Below, piece after piece: positions 29,992 through 40,996 of a stretch of 64,000 nt of DNA. The position numbers and the translations under genes are program-made. The notes beneath the pieces are model-generated. The model saw only the letters and a list, made by a program, of their open reading frames with translations. It was not told the origin of the DNA and ran no database searches. The stretch spans positions 3,706 through 67,705 of the forward strand of contig CACGPQ010000001.1 in assembly GCA_902574955.1 (NCBI GenBank). The letters run 5' to 3'. This DNA is from an uncultured Synechococcaceae cyanobacterium. GTDB taxonomy: Bacteria; Cyanobacteriota; Cyanobacteriia; PCC-6307; Cyanobiaceae. Within the stretch, counting starts at the first letter, position 1. Every line of letters starts with the position of its first letter.

Positions 29992-31431
29992 ATGAATCTA
30001 CCTGTAATCATTAAATTCGTTATTGACCTTCTAGCAGTACTTTTACTGGCTTTGGGAATAAAAGGATTGTCAAAAGTAAAATCAGCAAGGGATGCCAATA
30101 GATTAGCTGCATTTGCAATGTCGCTATCAGTTGTAGGATTACTTTCTTATTATTTGGGAACTTCTGGAATAGCTGTTCAGTCTTGGATTTGGATAATAAT
30201 TGGAACAATCATAGGTAGTTTATTCGGCGCAATACTTGCAAAAAAAGTACCTATGACCTCCATGCCTGAGACAGTGGCATTGTTCAATGGTTGTGGAGGA
30301 ATGTCATCACTTTTAGTGGCCTTAGGAGTAGCTATTTTCCCTTTATCTAATAGTGTTGAAAATCTTGATTTTTTTAAGTCACTTATCAACGAAGTTTCAA
30401 TATCCGTTTCTATATTTGTTGGTGCCATAACTTTCACTGGTTCAATTGTGGCAATGGCAAAGTTACAGGGTTGGTTATCAACTCCAGGATGGACTCAGAG
30501 CAAAGTTAGACATTTTGTAAATATTGTTTTTGCAGTTGCTTCCTTGATAGCCTTTTTTGATTTGATAAACGGCAATACAAGTTCTATTTGGCTTTTAGTT
30601 ATAGTTTCTTCTTTATTAGGTATTGGAGTTACTTTGCCAATTGGTGGAGCTGATATGCCAGTTGTTATTTCTCTATTAAATAGCTATTCAGGGATTGCGG
30701 CAGCAGCAGCAGGTTTCGTTGTAGATAGTCAGCTTTTGATAGTGGCAGGCGCAATGGTTGGAGCGGCAGGTCTAATACTTACTCAAGTAATGTGCAAGGG
30801 TATGAATAGATCATTGGTCTCAGTTCTTTTTGGAGGATCTTTATCTGCACAAAGTACAACCTCTTCTGGTTCAGGAGAATATACAAATATAACTTCTTGC
30901 AGTGTTGAAGAATGTGCATTGACTTTAGAGGCAGCTAACAAGGTAATAATTGTTCCAGGTTATGGTCTAGCAGTAGCTCAAGCCCAACATACTTTAAGGG
31001 AAGTGACAAAAAAATTAGAGCAAAATGGTATTGAAGTTGTTTACGCAATACATCCTGTAGCAGGGAGGATGCCTGGACATATGAATGTACTTTTAGCAGA
31101 AGCAGATGTTCCTTACGAACAACTTAAAGAGATGGACGTTGTAAATCCTGATTTTCCAGCAACGGATGTTGTTTTAGTTTTAGGAGCAAATGATGTAGTT
31201 AATCCTCAAGCGAAAAATGATAGCTCTTCTCCTTTATATGGCATGCCAGTTCTTGATGTGCAGGAAGCAAGAACGGTATTTGTAATTAAACGAGGTATGA
31301 GTGCAGGTTACTCCGGAATAAAAAATGATTTATTTGATCTGCCAAATACCTCTATGGTCTTTGGCGATGCAAAAAAGGTACTAAATGATTTGATTGGAGA
31401 ATTAAAGGATCTTGGAGTTGGGGAGAAATAA
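29992..31431 (+). CDS. pntB: NAD(P) transhydrogenase beta subunit
   Basis: GGADMPVVIS and HPVAGRMPGHMN motifs. Confidence 0.97.
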   Translation: MNLPVIIKFVIDLLAVLLLALGIKGLSKVKSARDANRLAAFAMSLSVVGLLSYYLGTSGIAVQSWIWIIIGTIIGSLFGAILAKKVPMTSMPETVALFNGCGGMSSLLVALGVAIFPLSNSVENLDFFKSLINEVSISVSIFVGAITFTGSIVAMAKLQGWLSTPGWTQSKVRHFVNIVFAVASLIAFFDLINGNTSSIWLLVIVSSLLGIGVTLPIGGADMPVVISLLNSYSGIAAAAAGFVVDSQLLIVAGAMVGAAGLILTQVMCKGMNRSLVSVLFGGSLSAQSTTSSGSGEYTNITSCSVEECALTLEAANKVIIVPGYGLAVAQAQHTLREVTKKLEQNGIEVVYAIHPVAGRMPGHMNVLLAEADVPYEQLKEMDVVNPDFPATDVVLVLGANDVVNPQAKNDSSSPLYGMPVLDVQEARTVFVIKRGMSAGYSGIKNDLFDLPNTSMVFGDAKKVLNDLIGELKDLGVGEK

Positions 31432-32497
31432 TAGTATATCTTCTAGTTTTTCAGATTACTTAAAAAATAAGCCATTTCGAGAAGTTTTACCTTGGATAGG
31501 TGGCGACTTACAAACTTTGAGAGATACTTTTGTTATTGATTTTGGTAAATCAAAAAAAAATAAAAAAATATTCTTTCCAATTAATAAAATCCTTTCTAAA
31601 AAATTTGAATGTGATTATCTCCTAGGATTTTTAGAATTACCTGAAAACTTTAACTCTCTTAGGGGTTTTGTAATCGTTACACATGGTTTAGGGGGTTCCA
31701 CTAAACGGTTTGGTTTAAGAAGAATCTCTAGAAAATTAGCAAATAATGGTTTTGGAGTTCTTAAATTAAATCTAAGAGGATCTGGATCCGCGAGATATTT
31801 AGCTAAAGGAAATTATTGTGCTAGATGCTCCAGTGATGTTATTTCAGCAATTAATTATTTTAAAAAATTAATTAATTTAGAGTTTAAAGATCTCATTAAG
31901 ATGAATAATCTTCCACTTTACGGAGTTGGATTATCTTTGGGTGGAACAATTCTTTTAAATGCCTGCTTAGATTATAAAGAAAACAAAGGAGAAAAACTTT
32001 TAGATGGCCTAGCCTGCGTGAGTAGCCCTTTAGATTTATCATCATGCAGTCTCTGTATTGAAAAACCTAGAAATTATATCTACCAAAAATGGTTACTTCA
32101 TCGTTTAAAAAATCAGTTATGGGATGGATTTAATGATGAAGGCAAAATTCTTAATAACGAGAAATTAAGAAAAAAAATTAGAAGTTTAAAAAGTATAAGG
32201 GAATTTGATAAGAAATTTACAGCTCCTAGTTGGGGATTTAATTCTTTAGAAGATTATTATATTAAAGCCTCTCCAATATTTAGAATCCAGAAATTAATAA
32301 AAAAATTACCTCCAATGCTTTTTATTCATGCCGAGGATGATCCTTGGGTTCCATATAAGGATACTTTGAATTTAAGAAAAAAATCCATTGATAAATTTAC
32401 TATTTTTATAACTGAAAAAGGAGGTCATAATGGTTTTCACTCGATTAATGGCTGCTGGTCAGACGAAGTCGTAAAGAACTGGTTTAGGAGTATCTAG
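31412..32497 (+). CDS. YheT-family alpha/beta hydrolase
   Basis: GDLQT, HGLGGS, GLSLGG and GGHNGF motifs. Confidence 0.88.
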   Translation: MELGRNNSISSSFSDYLKNKPFREVLPWIGGDLQTLRDTFVIDFGKSKKNKKIFFPINKILSKKFECDYLLGFLELPENFNSLRGFVIVTHGLGGSTKRFGLRRISRKLANNGFGVLKLNLRGSGSARYLAKGNYCARCSSDVISAINYFKKLINLEFKDLIKMNNLPLYGVGLSLGGTILLNACLDYKENKGEKLLDGLACVSSPLDLSSCSLCIEKPRNYIYQKWLLHRLKNQLWDGFNDEGKILNNEKLRKKIRSLKSIREFDKKFTAPSWGFNSLEDYYIKASPIFRIQKLIKKLPPMLFIHAEDDPWVPYKDTLNLRKKSIDKFTIFITEKGGHNGFHSINGCWSDEVVKNWFRSI

Positions 32498-32828
32498 GAC
32501 TATTTAAAAATGGTGTTTTTTTAAAAATCCATTTTTCTATTGGCTTACCGTTAATAATATGTGAGGTAAAAATTTCTGAAATTTTTTCTGGAGAAACTTT
32601 CTCGTACCAAATACCATCAGGCCAAACAAGAAGAATTGGGCCGTTCTTACATATCCTTAAACAGTCAGCTTTTGATCTTAATATATGAACGTTTTTTATA
32701 GAGGGATCATTCTCAAATTTTTTTAAAGTCTTTTTTAGACATTCCCATGTTTTTTGACCTTCATTGCCTTTAAAGCATTTCTGTTTTGTGGGCGTTGCGC
32801 ATAGTAGAAGATGCTTTTTTATATTCAC
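32484..32828 (-). CDS. Thioredoxin-like (2Fe-2S) ferredoxin
   Basis: CLRICKNGP and WPDGIWY motifs. Confidence 0.88.
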   Translation of the reverse strand: MNIKKHLLLCATPTKQKCFKGNEGQKTWECLKKTLKKFENDPSIKNVHILRSKADCLRICKNGPILLVWPDGIWYEKVSPEKISEIFTSHIINGKPIEKWIFKKTPFLNSPRYS

Positions 32829-32830
32829 TT

Positions 32831-34060
32831 TTATCCAATACTTACGTATTTTTTCCCTTTTTTAATTTCTTGCTTAACAAAAATTCTGGCCCAATTATCC
32901 ACTTCAAGAATATCCTCCAATTCAGGTCTTAAATTCAAATTCTCCATGTGTGATTCACAAGCTTTACTTATAAATGTTGGAATTTCTTGAAAAGAAATTT
33001 TTTCTTTAAGGAATTGTTCAACAGCCATTTCATTAGCAGCATTTAAGACTGCAGGCATAGTACCAGAAGATTTTCCTGCGGCATAGGCTAGTCCCATGCA
33101 TGGATATTTAAAACCGTCTGGCTCTTTAAAAGTTAATTGTCCAATTTCACTTAGATTTAATCTTTTCCAATTTGTTTTAAATCTTTCAGGCCAACTCATC
33201 GCATATAAAATAGGTAGCTTCATGTCTGGCCAACCTAATTGAGCTAATACTGATGAATCTTCCATCTCAATCATTGAATGAATAATACTTTGAGGATGGA
33301 TAACTATTTCAATATTTTCGTAAGATGTGCCAAATAAATAATGAGCTTCTATAACTTCTAATCCTTTATTCATAAGTGTTGCTGAATCTACAGTTATTTT
33401 TTTTCCCATATCCCAATTAGGATGTGAAGTGGCATCTTCCACTGTTACATGCTTTAAATCCTCAACGGCCCAATCTCTGAACGCACCACCAGAAGCTGTT
33501 AAATGTATTGCTTTTAAACCCTTAGGCATCTCTCCTGTTGAAAAATCTGCATTTTCATAATTAGGTAATCCTTGTAAACATTGAAAGATAGCAGAGTGTT
33601 CTGAATCAGCAGGTAAAAGCCTACTATTATTTTTCTTTAATGCGGGAATAACAATTGGCCCTGCCGCAATTAAAGTTTCTTTGTTAGCAAGTGCAATATT
33701 TTTCCCCGCATTTATTGCTGACATTGTTGGAATTAAGCCTGCACAGCCTACTATCCCTGTCACCACAGTATCTGCCTTATCCCATGCTGCAACTGCGTTA
33801 ATCCCCTCTTTTCCACCTAAAACCAAGGGAGCAATATCCAAATCTAAGTTATTAATATTATCTTTTAAATCTTCAGTAAGATTTTCATCCTCAATTGCAA
33901 CTACTTCTGGTTTATGTGTTTTAACTTGTTCAGTTAATAAATTAATATTTCTTCCTGCCGAAAGAGCTATGGCTTTAAACTTATCAGGCTGCTCACTAGC
34001 TATCTCGAGAGTTTGAGTCCCTATTGAACCAGTAGAACCGAGCACAGTAATGTATTTCAA
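32831..34060 (-). CDS. dxr: 1-deoxy-D-xylulose 5-phosphate reductoisomerase
   Basis: GSTGSIG, LANKE and PADSEH motifs. Confidence 0.98.
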   Translation of the reverse strand: MKYITVLGSTGSIGTQTLEIASEQPDKFKAIALSAGRNINLLTEQVKTHKPEVVAIEDENLTEDLKDNINNLDLDIAPLVLGGKEGINAVAAWDKADTVVTGIVGCAGLIPTMSAINAGKNIALANKETLIAAGPIVIPALKKNNSRLLPADSEHSAIFQCLQGLPNYENADFSTGEMPKGLKAIHLTASGGAFRDWAVEDLKHVTVEDATSHPNWDMGKKITVDSATLMNKGLEVIEAHYLFGTSYENIEIVIHPQSIIHSMIEMEDSSVLAQLGWPDMKLPILYAMSWPERFKTNWKRLNLSEIGQLTFKEPDGFKYPCMGLAYAAGKSSGTMPAVLNAANEMAVEQFLKEKISFQEIPTFISKACESHMENLNLRPELEDILEVDNWARIFVKQEIKKGKKYVSIG

Positions 34061-34142
34061 TTTTCTCTGATATTTCTAATATCTTCCCATTTAAAGGTGT
34101 ATTTAAAAAACAAAAATTTCAAATTGGTTTTTTTCTTAAAAT

Positions 34143-35612
34143 TTAGACTCTTATCCATTTTGTTATTTCTTTTGATTGATCAATAAGTTCAATACCTTTT
34201 TCTTTTAACAAATTCCTGATTTCATCAGCCTTCGCATAATTCTTTCCCTTTTTTGCTTTCAATCTTTCATTAATATGCATTGATATTTCTTCTTCTGTTA
34301 TTTTACTTTCTTTTACTAAAACCTCTTTTTTAAGACCAAGTACCTCAGTCAACTCTTCAAGAGTTTTAAAATTCTCCAGTAGAAAGAATTTTTCATTTAG
34401 GTTTATTTTAAAACCTTCAATCCTTTGAAATTGGTTTAAAAAGTTTTTTAATGGTTTCGCTAAATCGTAAATAATTGCAATAGCACCTGCTGTATTAAGG
34501 TCATTTCCCAGAGCGTCAGAAAATTTAAGCTTTTTTTGAGATAATTCAAAACTTATTTTTTCTCTATATTCTTCTTCGATAGATTCATTTTTATCAATAG
34601 ATCTAAGAGCACCTTTTGTAAGGTCCATAAAAGAAAGGGCTGCATTAATGTTTTTCCAAGCCTCTGAAGCACTCCTTAAAGCTTCTTCAGTAAAATCAAG
34701 TGGTTTTCTATAATTCACTGTCATAACAAAATATCGCAAAGTCATAGGACTTATACCTGACTTAATTAGTTCTCTAATAGTTTTGAAATTTTTAAGGGAT
34801 TTACTCATCTTTTGTCCATTTACATTGACCATCCCATTGTGTAACCAATAGTTTGCTAGCTTTTTGCCATTAGCTGCTTCTGATTGGGCGATTTCATTCT
34901 CATGATGTGGAAAAATTAAATCAGAACCACCTAAATGGATATCAATAGTATCTCCTAATTCATCTTTAACCATCGCCGAACATTCAATATGCCATCCTGG
35001 CCTACCTTTACCCCATGGTGAATCAAAAAATGGTTCATCATCTTTGGCTTTTTTCCATAGTGCAAAATCTTGCGGATTAAGTTTTTTACTATTTTCATCA
35101 TTAGCCATTCTTCCTTGCTGATTAATATTTTGTTCTTGTATATTTTGATTACTTAGCTTTCCATAATTTTTATTTTTAAAAACAGAATAATAAACATCTC
35201 CATCCCTAGAGTATGCATAACCTTTGTCCTCAAGGATGGTTATGAAGGAGCAGATATTGCATATATGATTCGTTGCTCTTGGCATACTATCCGGACGCAT
35301 TATCCCTAAAGAATCCATATCTTTATGAAATTCAATAATATTCTTTTCAGATACTTCCTTCATTGAACTGCTTTCTTCTTTCGCTCTTTTTAAGATCTTG
35401 TCATCAATATCTGTAAAATTTTGAACATACTTCACTTTGAAATTACTGTAAATTAAAAATCTTCTCAATACATCCCAAGCTATATAACTTCTGGCATGAC
35501 CAAGATGACATAAATCATAAACAGTTACTCCACAACAATAAATTTTTACTACATCATCAATAGGCTTAAAAACCTCAACTCTTTTGCTTAAAGTATTAAA
35601 AAGTTTGATCAT
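34143..35612 (-). CDS. cysS: Cysteine--tRNA ligase
   Basis: HLGH, PGWHIEC and KMSKS motifs. Confidence 0.98.
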   Translation of the reverse strand: MIKLFNTLSKRVEVFKPIDDVVKIYCCGVTVYDLCHLGHARSYIAWDVLRRFLIYSNFKVKYVQNFTDIDDKILKRAKEESSSMKEVSEKNIIEFHKDMDSLGIMRPDSMPRATNHICNICSFITILEDKGYAYSRDGDVYYSVFKNKNYGKLSNQNIQEQNINQQGRMANDENSKKLNPQDFALWKKAKDDEPFFDSPWGKGRPGWHIECSAMVKDELGDTIDIHLGGSDLIFPHHENEIAQSEAANGKKLANYWLHNGMVNVNGQKMSKSLKNFKTIRELIKSGISPMTLRYFVMTVNYRKPLDFTEEALRSASEAWKNINAALSFMDLTKGALRSIDKNESIEEEYREKISFELSQKKLKFSDALGNDLNTAGAIAIIYDLAKPLKNFLNQFQRIEGFKINLNEKFFLLENFKTLEELTEVLGLKKEVLVKESKITEEEISMHINERLKAKKGKNYAKADEIRNLLKEKGIELIDQSKEITKWIRV

Positions 35613-35636
35613 CTTAAATTAAGTATTTCATAATTT

Positions 35637-38567
35637 TTATTTTGTCTCCATCCAATTGTCTCCAATACCAATATCAACTAAAAGAGGCACATTTAATTTT
35701 ACACAATCTTCCATAGTCTTCTTAACTAATTTCGTCGTAATTTCCAAAGAATCCGGTTCAACTTCAAACAATAATTCATCATGTACTTGTAAAAGCATTT
35801 TTGCTGGAACATTCATTTCTATGAATTTCTTATTTAGTTGAACCATTGCAATTTTAATAATGTCTGCACTTGAGCCCTGAATTGGTGCATTAGCTGCGGC
35901 TCTTAATGACTGTGCTTCCATGCCAGCCCTTCTTGCAGATTGCAGGTCAATTTCATAAGGATCTTTCCCTATTAATCTTCCAAGTCCATTTTTATCAAAC
36001 TTAAATTCTCTTTTTCGACCAAAAATTGTTTTTACATAACCTTTTGATAGGGCAAGCCTTTCTTGGAGTTCAAGAAATTTGAAAATTTTTGAATATCTTT
36101 CTTTGTATTTTATTAGGAATTCTTTTGCCTCTGGAGTACTTACTCCTGTTGAACGGGCAAACTTTTTTATCCCCATACCATAGATAACTCCAAAATTTAT
36201 TGTTTTTCCAACTCTCCTCTCATCAGCGGATATTTCTTCTTTCTCGAAAATTAATCTTGCAGTCAAAGAATGTATGTCATCATTTTTTTGAAATGCATTA
36301 ATTAGTATTTCTTCTTCCGCTAAGTGTGCGAGTATTCTTAATTCGATCTGAGAATAATCTGCCGATAAAAGTTTCCAATCTTTTTCAGGCAAGAATGCTT
36401 TTCTTATTCTCCTACTAAATTCAGTCCTAACTGGAATATTTTGGAGATTAGGATTACTACTGCTTAGTCTCCCAGTTGCTGTAGCAGCTTGATTAAAGTT
36501 TGTATGAACTCTCCCTGTCTTTTCATTAATAAGATTTGGAAGAGCATCGATATAGGTACTAAGTAATTTGCTAAGAGTTCTATGTTTTATTAAATGTTGG
36601 ATTATTTCATGTTCGTCGACTAAACGTTCAAGAACCACTGCATCTGTACTCCATCCTGTTTTTGTTTTCCGTGATTTCTTTTTATCCAAATTTAATTTTT
36701 CAAACAAGATTTCACCAAGTTGTTTTGGTGAGGATAGATTAAAATTTTCTTTTGCTAATTCATAAACTTTACTTTCAATATCTTCTAAGGTACTTTTTAG
36801 TTCTTTTGAGAGTTTATCTAAATAAGGGATGTCGATGGTTATGCCATTCATTTCCATTTGAGACAATACCGGCTCTAAAGGCAGCTCTATTTCTTCGAAC
36901 AATTTGATTAATTCATCTTTTTCCTTTGAAAATCTTTCTTTAAAAATTTTGACAATTTTAAAAGTTAGAAATACATCATAACCACAGTAAATACTAGCTT
37001 CGTCAATATCAACAAATGAAAAGTCTTTATTTTTCCCAACTGTTTCTTTAAATGAAGGGGGCTTAAATCCAAATAATCTAAAACTAATTTCACTTAACCC
37101 ATGCTTCTCTTGATTATTTAGAAGGTAGTCTGCTAACAAGGTGTCAAAGGTTACGCCTTTAAGATCAAGTCCGTGATTAAAAAATATTTGCCTATCAAAT
37201 TTAGAGTTTTGGAGTGCCTTTTCTTTTTTTGGATCTTCTATCCAATTTCTTAGTTTTGAGAAAACATCTTCAATTGATAATTGATTGGGAGTCTCTTTTT
37301 TTGTTTGATGACCAAGAGGTATATAAAATAAATCATCAGTTTCTTCTCCAAGGCATAATCCTATCCCGACAAGCTCTGCATCGATTGGATTTAAACTGTT
37401 GGTCTCTGTATCTAAAGAAACTATCTCATTAGTCTTGTCTAATCTTTGAATTAATTTTTCAAGTAATTCGTAATCATTTACAACGGTTACTTTGATTTTA
37501 GGAATTTTATTTTCAATATTTTCTATTTCATTTTTACTAGAGACTTTTGGTATTTTCTCCTCCTCTTTAGCTACATTGTTTTTGTCAAAACCCCCTTTGC
37601 TAAAAGTTGAATTGAAAATGTCAATTTGCCGAAGTAGTGTTGATAATTCTAATTTTTGCAATGATTCTGAAAGTAGTTCTTGATTTATATTTCTTAATTC
37701 ATAACCATCACTTAATATCAAAGGAACTTCAGTATTAATTTTTGCTAAATCTCTGGAAAGAAAAGCATTATGTTTATCATTTTTGAGCTTTTCTATAACT
37801 GAACCTTTTATAAAACCTTTATATTTTTTATCATTGTTCTGCTGAATATTGTCCAAAGCCTTATAGATTCCATCAAGCGTATCGTTTTCTTTTAAAAGAT
37901 TAATTGCAGTTTTTGGACCTACCCCTTTAATTCCAGGAATATTATCAGAACTATCACCAGTAAGAGCTTTAAGATCAACTACTCTTTCTGGAGCAACACC
38001 TAATTTTTCTTTGACTCCATTTTCATTCATGAGAGTTGGATTACCACTTTTCGCATATGGACCACCACCCATATAAAGGACATAAATATCTTTTTGATCA
38101 TCTACTAATTGAAATAAGTCACGATCACCAGAAAGTATATTTACACACCATCCTTTTGAAGATGCGTCATTTGCAATGGTTCCTAAAAGATCATCTGCTT
38201 CATAACCTGGAGATTTGAAAATTGGTAAATTAAGACTTTCTTCTAGGATGATTTCTAGTTGTTCAATATCCTGAAAAAAAACATCTGGTGCCACATCTCT
38301 ATTAGCCTTGTAATTTGGATCTAATTCATGCCTAAAAGTAGGTTTTTCTGTATCAAAAGTAATGCAAACTCCCTCAGGACTAATATTTTTGCAATTATCC
38401 AGAAGACTTTTTAGAAATCCATAGGTGACACTTGTTGGAAATCCCTCTTTAGTAGTTAGACCCCCATCAATACCTTTGCTAAATGCATAGAAGCTTCTAA
38501 AAGCAAGTGAGTGGCCATCGACTAAAAGTAAAATTGGTTTTTTAGAGTTTTCGGATTTTAAACTCAT
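35637..38567 (-). CDS. polA: DNA polymerase I
   Basis: 5'-3' exonuclease domain, DYSQIELR and QVHDEL motifs. Confidence 0.99.
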   Translation of the reverse strand: MSLKSENSKKPILLLVDGHSLAFRSFYAFSKGIDGGLTTKEGFPTSVTYGFLKSLLDNCKNISPEGVCITFDTEKPTFRHELDPNYKANRDVAPDVFFQDIEQLEIILEESLNLPIFKSPGYEADDLLGTIANDASSKGWCVNILSGDRDLFQLVDDQKDIYVLYMGGGPYAKSGNPTLMNENGVKEKLGVAPERVVDLKALTGDSSDNIPGIKGVGPKTAINLLKENDTLDGIYKALDNIQQNNDKKYKGFIKGSVIEKLKNDKHNAFLSRDLAKINTEVPLILSDGYELRNINQELLSESLQKLELSTLLRQIDIFNSTFSKGGFDKNNVAKEEEKIPKVSSKNEIENIENKIPKIKVTVVNDYELLEKLIQRLDKTNEIVSLDTETNSLNPIDAELVGIGLCLGEETDDLFYIPLGHQTKKETPNQLSIEDVFSKLRNWIEDPKKEKALQNSKFDRQIFFNHGLDLKGVTFDTLLADYLLNNQEKHGLSEISFRLFGFKPPSFKETVGKNKDFSFVDIDEASIYCGYDVFLTFKIVKIFKERFSKEKDELIKLFEEIELPLEPVLSQMEMNGITIDIPYLDKLSKELKSTLEDIESKVYELAKENFNLSSPKQLGEILFEKLNLDKKKSRKTKTGWSTDAVVLERLVDEHEIIQHLIKHRTLSKLLSTYIDALPNLINEKTGRVHTNFNQAATATGRLSSSNPNLQNIPVRTEFSRRIRKAFLPEKDWKLLSADYSQIELRILAHLAEEEILINAFQKNDDIHSLTARLIFEKEEISADERRVGKTINFGVIYGMGIKKFARSTGVSTPEAKEFLIKYKERYSKIFKFLELQERLALSKGYVKTIFGRKREFKFDKNGLGRLIGKDPYEIDLQSARRAGMEAQSLRAAANAPIQGSSADIIKIAMVQLNKKFIEMNVPAKMLLQVHDELLFEVEPDSLEITTKLVKKTMEDCVKLNVPLLVDIGIGDNWMETK

Positions 38568-39625
38568 TTTCTCTTCTTAGCCCAAGGTGGAATATCAATA
38601 AAGATTTGCTCTCCAGGATCTAATCCATCAATTACTGAAGTTTTATTTCCACTACTAATACCAATTTCGATTTTTTCAAATTTGGGAGAATTGTTTTTAT
38701 CAACTTTCAAAATTCCTTTTTGACCCTTTTCAGTGACAATAGAAACTGTTGGCACTAAGATTTTTTCTTCATTACCTTCGACTCTAAATTCAAGATCTGC
38801 AGTCATTCCAATTTTAATTTCTTCAGAAATATCTTTAAAATTTAAAGTTACTTCAAATGAGGTTACATTATTATCTTTTACAGCTCTTGTAGCTATTTTT
38901 TTAACTATGGCACTATATTTTTTTGAGGGATAAGCCTCAATTCTTACTGAGGCTTCTTGACCTATTTTTATTCTGCCAATGTCACTCTCAGGAACTTTAG
39001 CAACAATTTCCAGGCCCTCTGATAGTTCAAAAATAAAGTTTTTGGTTTTAGGGTCTGAACTTAAGTTTGTACTTGGTGTGACATAAGATCCTATCTCAGC
39101 ATATTTTGCAGTTATCTTCCCTGCATATGGTGCTTTAATTAGATAGAAACTTTTTTCGGCTTTTGCATCATTAAGTTTTGCGCTACTAATGTTGTAGTTA
39201 TTTTTATAACTTTCATAGTCTTCTTTACTTACCGCACCTTCTTGATATAAAAATTCCCTTCTTAAAAATTCAGATTTTTGTTTTTCTGCATTTAATTCAA
39301 GTTCTTTAATTTTATATATGAAGTCGTCATCATCAAGAGAAGCTAAAATCTGATCCTTTTTAACGTCATCACCTTCTCCTACTTTTATTTCTTTTATTAT
39401 TCCCTGTTTTCTAGGACCAATATTGCTTGTCCTGATTGCTTTTACTTCACCACTTGTATTAATTGAATCTGAAAGGATTCCTTTTTCAACTTGAACTACA
39501 AAATCAGAAATATCTCTTGACTTATTTTTTTTGAAGGAATTGGTTAAAAAAACAAAAAATATAGTTAAAGAAAGTAATATGATTCCACTTCTTAAATTTA
39601 TATTTTTTTTTATTAGATCAAGCAT
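38564..39625 (-). CDS. Efflux RND/HlyD periplasmic adaptor subunit
   Basis: N-terminal TM, lipoyl halves (IKAPYAG) and VPESDIGRI. Confidence 0.9.
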   Translation of the reverse strand: MLDLIKKNINLRSGIILLSLTIFFVFLTNSFKKNKSRDISDFVVQVEKGILSDSINTSGEVKAIRTSNIGPRKQGIIKEIKVGEGDDVKKDQILASLDDDDFIYKIKELELNAEKQKSEFLRREFLYQEGAVSKEDYESYKNNYNISSAKLNDAKAEKSFYLIKAPYAGKITAKYAEIGSYVTPSTNLSSDPKTKNFIFELSEGLEIVAKVPESDIGRIKIGQEASVRIEAYPSKKYSAIVKKIATRAVKDNNVTSFEVTLNFKDISEEIKIGMTADLEFRVEGNEEKILVPTVSIVTEKGQKGILKVDKNNSPKFEKIEIGISSGNKTSVIDGLDPGEQIFIDIPPWAKKRK

Positions 39626-39768
39626 TTCTTTTGAAAAACGGCAGTAGAGAATATTTAGGAACTAAATAAATAATCAAGTCGATTATAATTAACTTATCCA
39701 AGATTGGTTAAGTAAATACTATATTACTAGAAGATGTTTTCTTGATAATTTTTCAGTAAATTTTTCAA

Positions 39769-40860
39769 ATGTTAAAAGCCGGTATTGTTGGACTGCCAAA
39801 TGTAGGGAAATCAACCTTATTTAATGCACTTGTAGAAAATGCTAAAGCACAAGCTGCAAATTTCCCGTTTTGTACAATTGAACCTAACAAAGGGATAGTT
39901 TCAGTACCCGATCAAAGATTGCAGGAGTTAGGCAATTTAAGCTCTAGTCAAAATATTATCCCAACAAAAATTGAATTTGTAGATATCGCAGGACTTGTAA
40001 AAGGAGCCAGTAAAGGTGAAGGTTTGGGAAATAAATTTTTATCAAATATTAGGGAGGTTGATGCAATAGTTCATGTTGTAAGGTGCTTTGAAGATAATGA
40101 TGTGATTCATGTTTCCGGAAAGGTAGATCCCTTAGATGACATTGAGATAATTAATCTAGAATTGAATCTAGCTGATTTATCCCAACTCCAAAAAAGAAGA
40201 GAGAGAATTAAAAAACAAGTTAGAACTAGTAAAGAGGCAGCAAAAGAAGATACCTTGCTAGAAAAAATTGAAGAAGAATTAGAGAAAGGAATTTCAGTTA
40301 GATCAATATCTCTTAGCGAAGAGGAAAATTTAATAATTAAGCAATTAGGCTTCCTTACAGCAAAACCAATTATTTATGCAACAAATTTAAATGAAAATGA
40401 TTTAGCTAAAGGGAATGATTTCTCATCTAAAGTTCAGAGTTTTTCAAACAATGAAAATACAGAATGTATAAAGATATCAGCTCAAGTAGAATCAGAATTA
40501 ATAGAGTTAGAACCAGAAGATAAAAAAGACTATCTTATGGGTTTGGGCGTAGAAGAAGGAGGCTTAAGTTCCTTAATTCGATCAACATATAAATTATTGG
40601 GATTAAAAACTTATTTCACCACCGGAGAAAAGGAGACAAAGGCTTGGACGATTAAAGATGGTATGACTGCTCCACAGGCAGCCGGAGTGATTCATACTGA
40701 TTTTGAAAAAGGATTTATAAGAGCTCAGACTATTTCGTATCAAAATTTAATTGATTCAGGTTCAATTGCTAATGCAAAAACTAAAGGTCTTTTAAGAAGT
40801 GAAGGTAAGGAATATGTTGTAAATGAGGGCGATGTAATGGAATTTTTATTTAATGTATGA
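39769..40860 (+). CDS. ychF: Redox-regulated ATPase YchF
   Basis: GLPNVGKS, FCTIEPN and FIRAQ motifs. Confidence 0.97.
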   Translation: MLKAGIVGLPNVGKSTLFNALVENAKAQAANFPFCTIEPNKGIVSVPDQRLQELGNLSSSQNIIPTKIEFVDIAGLVKGASKGEGLGNKFLSNIREVDAIVHVVRCFEDNDVIHVSGKVDPLDDIEIINLELNLADLSQLQKRRERIKKQVRTSKEAAKEDTLLEKIEEELEKGISVRSISLSEEENLIIKQLGFLTAKPIIYATNLNENDLAKGNDFSSKVQSFSNNENTECIKISAQVESELIELEPEDKKDYLMGLGVEEGGLSSLIRSTYKLLGLKTYFTTGEKETKAWTIKDGMTAPQAAGVIHTDFEKGFIRAQTISYQNLIDSGSIANAKTKGLLRSEGKEYVVNEGDVMEFLFNV

Positions 40861-40996
40861 GGGTACAGTTCTAGAGATAGGTTTAATTTGAAAATGCTCC
40901 AAGGGTTGAATAATTTTGTCACTATTAATTAAATAAGAAATCTATCAATAAACTCCTAAAAAAAATAACTAAATAGGAATATCTAAATGTAGAGAT